Of a DNA stretch of 64,000 nucleotides, positions 26,399-36,111 are shown piece by piece. The position numbers and the translations under genes are program-made. The first letter of the stretch is position 1. Each line of letters starts with the position of its first letter. This DNA comes from an uncultured Gammaproteobacteria bacterium. GTDB lineage: Bacteria > Patescibacteriota > Microgenomatia > Daviesbacterales > UBA10151. Where the stretch lies: contig CAYOSW010000001.1 of NCBI GenBank assembly GCA_964406775.1, positions 10,474-74,473 on the forward strand, written 5' to 3'. Below the pieces are notes generated by a model. The model was not told the DNA's origin, did not search any database, and saw nothing but the letters and a program-made list of their open reading frames with translations.

Positions 26399-27019
26399 TT
26401 ATTCGAATCTGCGGATAACACCGACGCATTTTCCCTGGATTTGGACTTCGCCCGTATTTACGTAAATCGGTTCCATAGCGGAGTTCGCCGGCTCCAGACG
26501 GATCCTATTGGGCTCGCGGAAGAATTTCTTCAAGGTCGCGAGCCCGGAATCCAGTAACGCAACCACTATGTCTCCGTCTGCGGCTGAGTTCTGCTCTTCG
26601 ATAATAACGTAATCACCGTCCAAAATTCCGGATTCAATCATTGAGTCGCCTTTTACCTGCAGAACATAAGATTTCTTTTTATCCGAAATCATATGCGGTG
26701 CAACATTCACGGTTGCTCCGGGATCGGTGTAGGGCATAATAGGCTGGCCGGCCGCAATATATCCAAGTAAAGGCAGCTCTATAGTACGGGGTTTAATATT
26801 AAATTCATCTAGAAGTTCAATTCCGCGTACGGTTCCTTCAAATTTCCTTATTGCACCTTTTTTAACAAGCGCCATCAGGTGTTCGTGAACGGTTGCAAGA
26901 GAGGAAAGGCCCATCGCCTCAGCAATTTCGCCTAAAGTGGGGGAGTAACCGTATTTATCAATATATTCCCTTACGAAATTTAAAATATCTTTTTGTCTTT
27001 TGTAGAGTACTGCTGGCAT
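26399..27019 (-). CDS. lexA: SOS repressor LexA
   Basis: wHTH (GYSPTLGEIA), Ala-Gly cleavage site (IAAGQP), VKGDSM, TLKK. Confidence 0.97.
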   Translation of the reverse strand: MPAVLYKRQKDILNFVREYIDKYGYSPTLGEIAEAMGLSSLATVHEHLMALVKKGAIRKFEGTVRGIELLDEFNIKPRTIELPLLGYIAAGQPIMPYTDPGATVNVAPHMISDKKKSYVLQVKGDSMIESGILDGDYVIIEEQNSAADGDIVVALLDSGLATLKKFFREPNRIRLEPANSAMEPIYVNTGEVQIQGKCVGVIRRFE

Positions 27020-27036
27020 TTGAGTAAAAATACTTT

Positions 27037-27053
27037 ACCAAACAGAACCCGAA
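27037..27053 (-). promoter_or_regulatory. Candidate LexA operator in the lexA promoter spacer
   Basis: TTCGGGTTCTGTTTGGT between TTGACA and TAAAGT; a similar sequence sits in the uvrB promoter. Confidence 0.55.
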
Positions 27054-27168
27054 TGTGTCAAGCGCATCAATCTATATCAAAATTAATTTTACCGAAGAAT
27101 CAGCATATTTCTTTTACTCTAATAACCTATAGTTGTAAAATACAGCTGCTTTTTTTATAATCACTGTT

Positions 27169-27588
27169 ATGGAAGTTTACAGGTATTGGACATCAGGCAA
27201 GCTTGCGGAAGCGAGATCTGCAGGAAAAATTGAAAGTAATTATCCGAGGACTTTTCCGAGGTTTCCTCGTCATATCTTTGTATTACCCGAAAATCCCTTG
27301 GCTTGGGGTACGGAGAATATGAGGAAGTTGGTTTGGAATGTGAATTTAAATCACAGACGCAGATCAGATGATCAACTGGTTCTTTTAAGATTCAACATAG
27401 CTGAAGATGATCCTGCAGTATTCATACGTGACTTATACGATTGGGATTGGCAGCCTATTGCTACTCATAAACCGGCAATGTTTCAATTTCCTGAAATTAT
27501 TGTTCCTACACCGATTCCTATTGAATTCGTTACTCAAATTCAGGTTCCTATTGAGCTGGATCGAAACCCCTCCATTAGTTTATGGTAA
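27169..27588 (+). CDS. Hypothetical protein, possible ADP-ribosyltransferase-like fold
   Basis: TATAAT 7 nt before the ATG; VYRYWT..G.I, HIFV, VLLRF and EIIV..PIP pattern. Confidence 0.65.
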   Translation: MEVYRYWTSGKLAEARSAGKIESNYPRTFPRFPRHIFVLPENPLAWGTENMRKLVWNVNLNHRRRSDDQLVLLRFNIAEDDPAVFIRDLYDWDWQPIATHKPAMFQFPEIIVPTPIPIEFVTQIQVPIELDRNPSISLW

Positions 27589-27636
27589 GAAATTTATATA
27601 TTTGCCAAATAAATAATTTCTGCTATTATTTGTTTG

Positions 27637-28473
27637 ATGAATTACCAGATTGGTATTATCGGGTACGGGATTGTAGGTCAGGCTGTTGAGTACGGATTCC
27701 GCGGGGAAGATATTCATATCTACGATAAGTTTAAAGATTACCTGTCTCTTCCTGAGGTTTGCGCAAAGTCTGAGTTTATCTTTGTATCTGTTCCCACTCC
27801 GATTATGGAGAATGAATCGGGAATTGATTTATCGATTGTTGAAGAAGTAGTGGGGGAGATAGCCAAAGAAGTAGAAGGAACCGACAAAATCGTTATTTTA
27901 AAATCGACGATAGTCCCCGGCACAACAGCGGCTTTACAGAAAAAATATCCTGAAGTTAATTTTTGTTTTAACCCTGAATTTTTGACGGAAGCAAATTTTT
28001 TAGAAGATTTTGTTAAATCAGACCGATGTGTGGTCGGTTCATCCAACGATTTAACCTCAAGAAGGGTAATTTCTCTTTATAAAAAACATTTTCCCCATAT
28101 GCCGATGTTTCAGACCGATCCGACGACAGCCGAGATGGTTAAATATATGGCCAATTGTTACCTTGCAAGTAAAGTTATTTTTGCCAACGAAATGTTTGAT
28201 ATCTGCGAGAAACTCGGAATTAAGTATGAGGAAGTTAAGAAACTAGTCGTTGCTGACCATAGGATTTTTGACTCTCATTTAGATATAACAACAGCACGCG
28301 GATTCGGCGGAAAATGTTTCCCTAAGGATTTACTCGCACTTCGTGCAATGGCGAAGGAAAAGGGCGTTGATACTTCGATTTTAGACGCGGTTTGGAAGAA
28401 AAATACCTCAATCCGCAAAGTCCGCGATTGGGAAGAAATCCCCGGGGCTGTAACAAAAGTTAAAAAAGATTAA
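27637..28473 (+). CDS. UDP-glucose/GDP-mannose dehydrogenase family protein (no C-terminal domain)
   Basis: GYGIVG, VPTP, KSTIVPG, NPEFL, AEMVKY, GFGGKCFPKD. Confidence 0.9.
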   Translation: MNYQIGIIGYGIVGQAVEYGFRGEDIHIYDKFKDYLSLPEVCAKSEFIFVSVPTPIMENESGIDLSIVEEVVGEIAKEVEGTDKIVILKSTIVPGTTAALQKKYPEVNFCFNPEFLTEANFLEDFVKSDRCVVGSSNDLTSRRVISLYKKHFPHMPMFQTDPTTAEMVKYMANCYLASKVIFANEMFDICEKLGIKYEEVKKLVVADHRIFDSHLDITTARGFGGKCFPKDLLALRAMAKEKGVDTSILDAVWKKNTSIRKVRDWEEIPGAVTKVKKD

Positions 28474-28554
28474 ATTCTTTTTATATCCTACCCTGTAGCT
28501 ATAACTTCACTTCAAAAAAATAATTTCGATAGTTCGGGCTGGAGCCAAGATAGG

Positions 28555-29079
28555 TTAAGGTTTATCTGCAGGTGCCGGTGGTTGAGCAGGAGCAGGAGGA
28601 GGAGCTGCCGGGGCCGCGGGCTGCATTGAAGTAACCGAAGCGCTGGTATCTATTCCCATCGGATTTTCCTGAGCTGCCGGAGCTACGGGTGCTGCAGGAG
28701 CTGCTCCGACACCTTTTTTCTGCATAATATTTTTTACTTCCTGGACGATTTGATCGGGAGTATAGGCGGCTTTAACTAAATATCCGTCCGCGCCGAGTTC
28801 GAATCCCTGTTTAATAACCGCATCCTGCCCTAGATTAGTTAAAAGTACGACGACTAAATTTTTGGTATTGGCGTTCTGGCGGATATTCTGGAGAATCTGG
28901 AGTCCGTTAATATCGGGAAGCATTATATCGAGTAAAGCAAGATCGTAAGCGTTTCGGGTTAATGCTGTTAAGCCTTCCTGGCCAGTGCCGAATGCATCCG
29001 TAGAGAATCCCGAAAGATCAAGCTGGCGCTTGAATAAATCACGGATAAATTCTTCGTCTTCTACTAAAAGTACCTTCAT
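28555..29079 (-). CDS. Response regulator receiver with Pro/Ala-rich tail
   Basis: LLVEDE, LLDIMLP, LTN, YLVK; low-complexity C-terminus. Confidence 0.92.
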   Translation of the reverse strand: MKVLLVEDEEFIRDLFKRQLDLSGFSTDAFGTGQEGLTALTRNAYDLALLDIMLPDINGLQILQNIRQNANTKNLVVVLLTNLGQDAVIKQGFELGADGYLVKAAYTPDQIVQEVKNIMQKKGVGAAPAAPVAPAAQENPMGIDTSASVTSMQPAAPAAPPPAPAQPPAPADKP

Positions 29080-29123
29080 AAATTGATTCTAACAGATACG
29101 TCAACCCGAAACTATCAATGATT

Positions 29124-30626
29124 TTATATTCTTTTAGTCAAAAGGTTGATATCAAAAGTTTCGGCTACTGCGGGCAAGGAGAATGAAAAAGTTGACCCTT
29201 TTCCGATCCCCTCAGATTCCGCCCAGATTTTACCGTTATGAAGCTCAACTATCGCTTTTGATAAATAAAGACCGAGACCGTTGCCTTTTGAGGCTTGCTC
29301 GGCAGCTCCTCCCTGGACTCTGAAAAATTTAGTAAACAGATGCTTAAGCGATTCAGGGGGAATTCCCTTACCTGTATCCTTAATATGAGTTATCACCATC
29401 TCATCTTTGGTGTCAATCCAAACCTCAATTTTTCCCTGTGGTTCAGTATAATTTATGGCGTTTGATATCAGATTGTTTAATACCTCATTAATCCGTACGA
29501 GATCAACCTCAACTGAAGGCGTTTTTGTCTTAGGTTCATCCATAATGAGCTGAATCCTCTTTTCTTCCGCCCGGTGCTGAAATGTGTCAACCTGGGTTTT
29601 AACGTTTGTGACCCAATCTAAAACTTGGGTATTCAAGCTCATAGCTCCCCGTTCAACACGCGCAACCGATAAAAGATTTTCGACAAGTCCGCTCAGCTGC
29701 TGAGTTGAAGTATTAATCCTCCTAATAAACATTAACTGGTCTTCAGCAAGTTTATTTTGATTTTCGTTTAAGAAAACGGAGATGTAGCCTTTTATTGAGG
29801 TCAGAGGAGTGCGGAGTTCGTGGGCCGCCATAGAAACAAAATCCAACTTCATAGATTCCAGCTGTTTTTCCTGGCTTTTGTCGTGCAGAACAATTACGAT
29901 TGACGTATCGATTGATTGGCCTAGCGGAGGTTGGAAAACGCTCATATCGGCGTAAGTTTGTTTATTGATATTACTGACCACCCTTGCTTCCTGGATGTAA
30001 AAGATTTTAGTTTCAGGATTGTCGTTTTTAATTGTTCCGTATTTGACAGGCAATATTTCCTGGTTTGTCTTATCGTAAAATCTTATAAATTGGTCAATTC
30101 TGCGTCCTACAGCATCTGTCTTTTGAATACCTGTAAGGAATTGAGCTGCGGTATTTAAGTGTTTAACTTCATATCTAAGATTTAAGATGATCACAGGATC
30201 AATAACTTCGGAAATTGAGGTTTCAAGTAAATTTATCTGAGCATTAAGGTCTTCTTTCAGTATCGAAATATCCGAAGCTTCGTTATTAAGTTCATTATTA
30301 ATCTTATCCAGATGGTCGAAGATATCTTTAAATTCCCCCGTGCGGTATTCCGGGGCTATCGGTTTGTAGCTTTTGCTGAAGATTGAAAATATTGCGGGTG
30401 CAATCAATCTGAGTGATTTGAGAAATTTATCACTGAGATAAAAGTAAGTTATGGTTCCCGAAATTCCCAGGAAAAGTACGGCTATTACGACCGTAAGTAG
30501 GTATTGTCCTAAAGAATTTAAAATAGTTGTATAAAGGCTTAAGTACCACGCAACGCACAACAGGGCTGCCGGAGGTAGAGAAAAAAGGGATAGAAGGAGG
30601 ATCAGTTTCAGTTTACTGCCGGGCAT
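29124..30626 (-). CDS. Membrane sensor histidine kinase (PAS, HisKA, HATPase)
   Basis: Two TMs; H-box AHELRTPL; N-box NNLISNAINY; DTGKG; GNGLGL. Confidence 0.93.
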   Translation of the reverse strand: MPGSKLKLILLLSLFSLPPAALLCVAWYLSLYTTILNSLGQYLLTVVIAVLFLGISGTITYFYLSDKFLKSLRLIAPAIFSIFSKSYKPIAPEYRTGEFKDIFDHLDKINNELNNEASDISILKEDLNAQINLLETSISEVIDPVIILNLRYEVKHLNTAAQFLTGIQKTDAVGRRIDQFIRFYDKTNQEILPVKYGTIKNDNPETKIFYIQEARVVSNINKQTYADMSVFQPPLGQSIDTSIVIVLHDKSQEKQLESMKLDFVSMAAHELRTPLTSIKGYISVFLNENQNKLAEDQLMFIRRINTSTQQLSGLVENLLSVARVERGAMSLNTQVLDWVTNVKTQVDTFQHRAEEKRIQLIMDEPKTKTPSVEVDLVRINEVLNNLISNAINYTEPQGKIEVWIDTKDEMVITHIKDTGKGIPPESLKHLFTKFFRVQGGAAEQASKGNGLGLYLSKAIVELHNGKIWAESEGIGKGSTFSFSLPAVAETFDINLLTKRI

Positions 30627-30682
30627 TTTCTCTATTATCGCACAAATTTAAGCGCTCTTGTGGAAGGTTTTTAGCTGAATTG

Positions 30683-30699
30683 TTCGGGTTTTTTGTGGT
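30683..30699 (+). promoter_or_regulatory. Candidate LexA operator in the uvrB promoter spacer
   Basis: TTCGGGTTTTTTGTGGT abutting the -10 TATTAT; 14/17 identical to the lexA promoter motif. Confidence 0.5.
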
Positions 30700-30755
30700 A
30701 TTATTCTTATACTTGCTCAGGATTTATTGGTTAACAGCCTCATAAAGTATTTATT

Positions 30756-32747
30756 ATGAGTAAATTCAAAATTGCATCGAACTTCAAACCGACAGGAGAT
30801 CAGCCTCTAGCGATAGAGAAGCTTGTTGACGGACTTAAAAAAGGTGAGAAAAATCAGGTTTTGCTCGGAGTAACCGGGTCGGGTAAGACTTTTACTATGG
30901 CAAATGTTATAGAAAAAGTTCAGAAACCGACGCTAATTATTTCCCATAATAAAACCTTGGCCGGCCAGCTGGCCCAGGAATTCCGCTCGATTTTTCCCGA
31001 TAACGCGGTCGAATATTTCGTTTCTTATTACGATTACTACCAGCCCGAGGCATACATTGCCGCTTCCGATACTTATATCGAAAAAGAAACCCAGATTAAC
31101 GAAGAAATTGAGAAATTAAGGCTTTCTGCAACTACCTCGTTGGTTACAAGACGGGATGTTGTAGTTGTAGCCTCAGTTTCCTGTATTTATAACTTAGGTT
31201 CGCCAAAGGAATATATCGGGGCAACTATGGAGATAAAAGAAGGTGTCCGGCTTTCGATAGATTCGATAACTAAAATGCTCACAAAGATGTTTTATACCCG
31301 TAATGATTACGATTTTAAGCGGGCAACTTACAGGATAAAAGGGGATACCCTGGATATCTTCCCGTCTTATACAGATCACGCGATAAGGATTGAACTGTTG
31401 GGCGATAAGATAGAGCGGCTCTCGATACTCGATCCTTTAACGGGCAATATAACCCCCACACACAATACAGTAACGGTTTATCCGGCCAAGCACTACATTA
31501 CTCCCGAGGACCGCTTAAAACCCGGTTTGGCGCAGATTGAAAACGATCTGCAGCTCCGTCTAAAAGAACTGAAAGACCAGAATAAACTTCTGGAAGCACA
31601 AAGACTTGAACAAAGAACTAATTATGATCTGGAGATGATCAGGGAATTCGGACATTGCAACGGGATTGAGAATTACTCTCGGTATTTTGAGGGAAGGGCA
31701 CCGGGTGAGCCTCCGTATTCTTTAATGGAGTATTTCTCCAAAGATTATCTGGTGATTATTGATGAATCACACATTACCATCCCTCAGATCAGGGGAATGT
31801 ATAACGGTGACCGGGCGCGGAAAGAAAATCTGGTTGATTTCGGATTCAGATTACCTTCAGCGTTGGACAACCGTCCTCTGAAGTTTGACGAATTTTTACG
31901 CAGGTTAAACCAGACCGTTTTTGTTTCGGCAACCCCTGATGAATATGAATTGTCTTTGGCGGGACCTGATAACATTGCAGAGCAGCTCATTAGACCGACG
32001 GGAATCCTTGATCCGGAGATTGAAGTCAGAAAAACCGAAGGCCAGATTCCCGATGTTATGAAAGAAATAGAGGAAAGAGTGAAAAAGGGCGAGAGAGTTT
32101 TAGTTACGACTTTAACTAAAAGAATGGCCGAGGATTTATCGGAATATCTTTTGGAACATAAGATCAAAGTTACATATCTTCACTCGGACGTTGAAACCCT
32201 GAAGCGCTCAGATATTCTTCGGTCCCTGCGGATGGGGGAATACGATGTAATAGTGGGTATAAATTTGCTCAGGGAAGGATTGGATTTACCCGAAGTGTCG
32301 CTGGTGGTAATTTTGGATGCGGATAAGGAAGGATTTTTGCGCTCCCGGACTTCGCTCATTCAGACAATGGGACGGGCTGCGCGCCATATCCAGGGCAAAG
32401 TAATTATGTACGCGGATACGGTGACTAAATCTATGAATGCCGCGATTGAGGAGGTAGACAGAAGACGCAAGTATCAGGCGGAGTATAACGAGGAACACGG
32501 CATTACCCCGACAAAGATTAATAAAGCTTTGCGCGACAGATTAATTGAAAAAGTAGAAGAGCTGGAGGAGGCTTCTGAGAAGGAGCTTACAGTTGACGAT
32601 ATTCCGGAAAAAGATAAAGCCGAGATGGTTAAGCTTTTGGAACAGCAGATGCAGAATGCGGCTTCAGTTTTGGACTTTGAGGAGGCCGCGAAGATACGCG
32701 ATCAGATTAAGGAATTATCCTCAGAACAATCGGTCGGGGGAGATTGA
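30756..32747 (+). CDS. uvrB: Excinuclease ABC subunit B
   Basis: PTGDQP, GVTGSGKT, YYDYYQPEAY, DESH, QTMGRAAR, C-terminal UVR domain. Confidence 0.98.
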   Translation: MSKFKIASNFKPTGDQPLAIEKLVDGLKKGEKNQVLLGVTGSGKTFTMANVIEKVQKPTLIISHNKTLAGQLAQEFRSIFPDNAVEYFVSYYDYYQPEAYIAASDTYIEKETQINEEIEKLRLSATTSLVTRRDVVVVASVSCIYNLGSPKEYIGATMEIKEGVRLSIDSITKMLTKMFYTRNDYDFKRATYRIKGDTLDIFPSYTDHAIRIELLGDKIERLSILDPLTGNITPTHNTVTVYPAKHYITPEDRLKPGLAQIENDLQLRLKELKDQNKLLEAQRLEQRTNYDLEMIREFGHCNGIENYSRYFEGRAPGEPPYSLMEYFSKDYLVIIDESHITIPQIRGMYNGDRARKENLVDFGFRLPSALDNRPLKFDEFLRRLNQTVFVSATPDEYELSLAGPDNIAEQLIRPTGILDPEIEVRKTEGQIPDVMKEIEERVKKGERVLVTTLTKRMAEDLSEYLLEHKIKVTYLHSDVETLKRSDILRSLRMGEYDVIVGINLLREGLDLPEVSLVVILDADKEGFLRSRTSLIQTMGRAARHIQGKVIMYADTVTKSMNAAIEEVDRRRKYQAEYNEEHGITPTKINKALRDRLIEKVEELEEASEKELTVDDIPEKDKAEMVKLLEQQMQNAASVLDFEEAAKIRDQIKELSSEQSVGGD

Positions 32748-33734
32748 TCTCTCTATACAGGTCTTGTAATTGTCCTCATCCAATCCCAAGCAAAGATCTC
32801 TGGCTAAATCTTTATAATTAGGATTAATTTTAAAAACCCAACCTGCTGCTGACCGGCACTCCACCTGTGCCTGCGTCCCCGGCATTTGCAGACACGCATT
32901 AAGAGTTAATTGCGGGCTGAACCAGCTTCTCTGGGCAACGACAATTCCCACTCCCATAAAACAGGCTTCTCTTGGCTTTTCTGCAATGACTTGTGAGCAA
33001 AGATCCGCAACTTTTTTATAATCATTGTTCAAAATCCCTACCCACCACTGACTTTGTTCGTAGTAACACGAAATTTGATAAACTTCCGGAAGAAAAGAAC
33101 AGGGTTCTTGAATCCGGCTTTCATCCTCAAGGTTTCTTAATCCGATAAATTTGTTTCCCGAATCCATCATTCCGGGCTTGTTATATTCCATAAAAACCCC
33201 TTGGGTACACCCTAAGGTGTTGGGTTTTTGGATTGATTTACAAATTCCGAGCGCCTGCACTAGATTTTCCCTCTCCCTTCCTAAATATTCAATCAGTCCG
33301 TGGCCGATTCCGTGACGGCATCCCGTCTCCTTTTCTCCGCCTGTATTAATACAGGCTTTATTGATTTCTTTGACAATTTCCGGCCCTTTATCCTCTAAGG
33401 CGGTGATAATAAATCCGTGGAAGCACCCGTATGCAAAATTATTATCGCAAACGGATATTCCGGATACCCCTTCGTTTTTATAGAGAGCTTCTCCGAAGAT
33501 ATGGGTAATATAGTGGATATCGGTAGGGTATTTGCTTAAATTTTTTTGTTTGAATTTTTTATAGGCAGTTTCTCCTCCGTAATTTTTAATTTCCGCATCC
33601 CAAAATTTAAATTCTCTTTTTATATCAATCGCAGAATCCTCCTGCTCAGGCAGCTTTGCAGTCCGGTTAAAGTAAATAAATCCGGACAGCAAACCCGTAA
33701 AAACTAACAGTGCGATAAAAATGCGGTATTTCAC
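32721..33734 (-). CDS. Membrane-anchored Cys/His-rich repeat protein
   Basis: N-terminal TM; repeated C-x7-9-C-x-(H/Q/M)G units (CFHG, CRHGIGHG, CTQG, CFMG). Confidence 0.75.
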   Translation of the reverse strand: MKYRIFIALLVFTGLLSGFIYFNRTAKLPEQEDSAIDIKREFKFWDAEIKNYGGETAYKKFKQKNLSKYPTDIHYITHIFGEALYKNEGVSGISVCDNNFAYGCFHGFIITALEDKGPEIVKEINKACINTGGEKETGCRHGIGHGLIEYLGRERENLVQALGICKSIQKPNTLGCTQGVFMEYNKPGMMDSGNKFIGLRNLEDESRIQEPCSFLPEVYQISCYYEQSQWWVGILNNDYKKVADLCSQVIAEKPREACFMGVGIVVAQRSWFSPQLTLNACLQMPGTQAQVECRSAAGWVFKINPNYKDLARDLCLGLDEDNYKTCIERSISPDRLF

Positions 33735-33781
33735 AAACCTATTATATTACCTATAAGAGAGGGATTCGGTGACGGGAGTTT

Positions 33782-34318
33782 TTATAAAACAGCGAGAAGT
33801 GCTCTGCCAGTTCTTGCTTCAACAGCCAGAAAATTTCTTTTATCAGGATCGTCTACGGCTCTGCTGAATAGTGCAGCGCACTGAACCGCTGTTTCAAGCT
33901 CTGTTTTATAAGTTTTAAGCCATTCTGCATCCTGAGGTTTGGCGGGTGTTCCGGCTTCGGGATCCCAGCCTTCTGTCGCTGCATTTATCAGAGTTGCGGC
34001 ACGAACAGCGCGGATTTCGTCGTAGGCTCCGGTATTCTCAAAGGCAAAAGCCCTGACAGCAACGAGGGGTCTTAAACCGGTGTCTTTATTGTCCAAGGAT
34101 TGGCCGACTGCATCCGCAACAACAAGCGCATCTTTTAATTCTGTTCCCTGGATAACACTGATTCTGGCAGAAGCTGCCCAAATTTCGGAAAATAAAAGCC
34201 CTTTATCTCTTTCGGTGCCCTGGATTCTCTGAGTTAATTGACCGGCGAGTTCCATAACAGTTACTGAGCGTGCCGTTGGGCTTCCGTGTCCTATTGCAAG
34301 TGATCTCTCAGCTAACAT
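33782..34318 (-). CDS. Hypothetical protein
   Basis: ORF with TTGACT-N17-TAAAAT promoter 8 nt upstream. Confidence 0.7.
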   Translation of the reverse strand: MLAERSLAIGHGSPTARSVTVMELAGQLTQRIQGTERDKGLLFSEIWAASARISVIQGTELKDALVVADAVGQSLDNKDTGLRPLVAVRAFAFENTGAYDEIRAVRAATLINAATEGWDPEAGTPAKPQDAEWLKTYKTELETAVQCAALFSRAVDDPDKRNFLAVEARTGRALLAVL

Positions 34319-34360
34319 TTCCCGAAATTTTATCCGAGAATAAACTATAAGTCAAGAAGA

Positions 34361-34681
34361 TTATTTATTTCCGGGTTTAACAATCCGGATACCCATTTTC
34401 TCAGCTTTTTTTGTGGCAGGGCTAACAGTTGTTTCTGATGAAGGGATATATTTTGCCTTAGCCGCTTCTCTTGAGGCGAGTTCATCACTGGGAGAAATTA
34501 TTTCTCCCTGAACAGATCTTCCGTTGGACGCAGCCTGAATAGTCACCCTCGGCTCGAGGGGCTTTACTTCAGGTTTTTTATCGCTTTGAGCCGGTGGGCT
34601 GATAAGAGCGGCCTCAACAGTCTGACCGTCGACTGTTACGTTGATTGGGGACTCTCCCGCTTCTTCGTTTTCGCTAATCAT
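34361..34681 (-). CDS. Hypothetical protein
   Basis: Non-overlapping 106-aa ORF. Confidence 0.6.
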   Translation of the reverse strand: MISENEEAGESPINVTVDGQTVEAALISPPAQSDKKPEVKPLEPRVTIQAASNGRSVQGEIISPSDELASREAAKAKYIPSSETTVSPATKKAEKMGIRIVKPGNK

Positions 34682-34731
34682 TCTTATTTAATTTATATCT
34701 AAAATCGGGATGAAATCAAGGGGGGAGTTAA

Positions 34732-35976
34732 TTATTTTAAAGTTACATAAAAACCAGTAGCCGTGTACTTTTGCATTTTATCACCGATTTTGGCATACAC
34801 GGAACCCCGGGTTTCTTTAAGTAGATTTGTATTCCAATCTTTTGCTCCCCAAAGCCTTGTCGGGTTTTTCGAATCGGCATAGAGTTCCAGATTGAAAGGA
34901 TTATTCCGCGAGTCACCTATCTTATAAATGCGGGTATCCTTAATCGCACCCTGTTTAAAAAGGTCGTCTGCACAGTTAACTAAATACAAAACACTCAAAT
35001 TGTTTCCGTAAATATCGCCGCCGCCTTCTATCGGCACCAGATTTTTGATAATTGACGATTCGGTGACTGGTTGTCCTTCTTTAATGTAACTTACAATGAA
35101 TAACCGCTCAGCGGTTGATGCTGCTGTTTGGTCAAGCTGATACTTGTCGTTATTGGTATTGATATCAAAATAATAGCCGTTAACGAAATCCTTCTTATCG
35201 GATTGATGGCTGTTTCCTAAAACGAAACTATCAGGAAAACCCTTTAAAGGCCTCAGTACGAAATCTGAACAGCTGCTCAGTTCTTCGGTAAAAGTCACAC
35301 TCTTTGCCATCTTAGTTAAGACATCCGTAATCTCTACCGGATCAAGTTTTTGCTGAAGCGCAGCATAGATATTTGCCGTGAAACGGTACTCTACTCCGTC
35401 TTTCCTGAAGCTTATTGATGTTTGATCCTGGAGTTGCTCAAAAAGTGCATTTTGACCTTCTCCCAAAGCCGGTATGTTGAAATTGTTGTTTTTAACAGGC
35501 GTAGGTACTGAAATATATTCCTGTGCGTAAGTAGGCGCATATTTAAGATCGACTGAACCAGAGGAATCCATACTTCCGATATCCGGAGGAATAGGTAAAG
35601 AGAGCATTCTTGGAGGGGTGGGATAACTATATTCATAAGGAACACCAGCGGAAACTGAAATCATATATTGATCGGAAATCTCCGAGCCGGCTTTTAGGGG
35701 CTGAAAGTCAATAAACTTTATTTCCGAGGGGTACTTGTCCGGAGATCTGACCACCCATTCCGGGGGATATTTTATAGAAATCTGGCCGAACTTAAAGTTA
35801 TAAACTTTCCAATCTGCCGTTTCTTTATTTAAAACCTCAGCCGACTTTGAAGGTTTCTCCCTGCCGAATTTAGATAAAATCTGATCCTTATAGAAATAAA
35901 AACCGGCGGACAAAGCGAGAATTACAACTAGGATAATAATTATCGGCGAAAAGCCTCTTTGATGTTGGGCAGACAC
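34732..35976 (-). CDS. Hypothetical membrane-anchored protein with pilin-like N-terminus and PsbP-like segment
   Basis: QRGFSPIIIILVV type III signal-like leader; WKVY..SIKYPPEW motif. Confidence 0.7.
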   Translation of the reverse strand: MSAQHQRGFSPIIIILVVILALSAGFYFYKDQILSKFGREKPSKSAEVLNKETADWKVYNFKFGQISIKYPPEWVVRSPDKYPSEIKFIDFQPLKAGSEISDQYMISVSAGVPYEYSYPTPPRMLSLPIPPDIGSMDSSGSVDLKYAPTYAQEYISVPTPVKNNNFNIPALGEGQNALFEQLQDQTSISFRKDGVEYRFTANIYAALQQKLDPVEITDVLTKMAKSVTFTEELSSCSDFVLRPLKGFPDSFVLGNSHQSDKKDFVNGYYFDINTNNDKYQLDQTAASTAERLFIVSYIKEGQPVTESSIIKNLVPIEGGGDIYGNNLSVLYLVNCADDLFKQGAIKDTRIYKIGDSRNNPFNLELYADSKNPTRLWGAKDWNTNLLKETRGSVYAKIGDKMQKYTATGFYVTLK

Positions 35977-36111
35977 ATTTCAATCGTAGATGCAAAAAAT
36001 ACTAAAATCAAGAGACTGATTATCCCCCCCCAGGGACTTTAAAAAACTTCCGGAATCTGTTAGAATTTTCATTCTGTTTCGCGTATATTTCGTGCCTTCA
36101 ACTTATTAAAT

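Noticed and set aside
36024-36031. C8 homopolymer upstream of uvrA as a phase-variation tract
   Set aside because: Short, intergenic and not within an identifiable promoter spacer; no evidence of variation.
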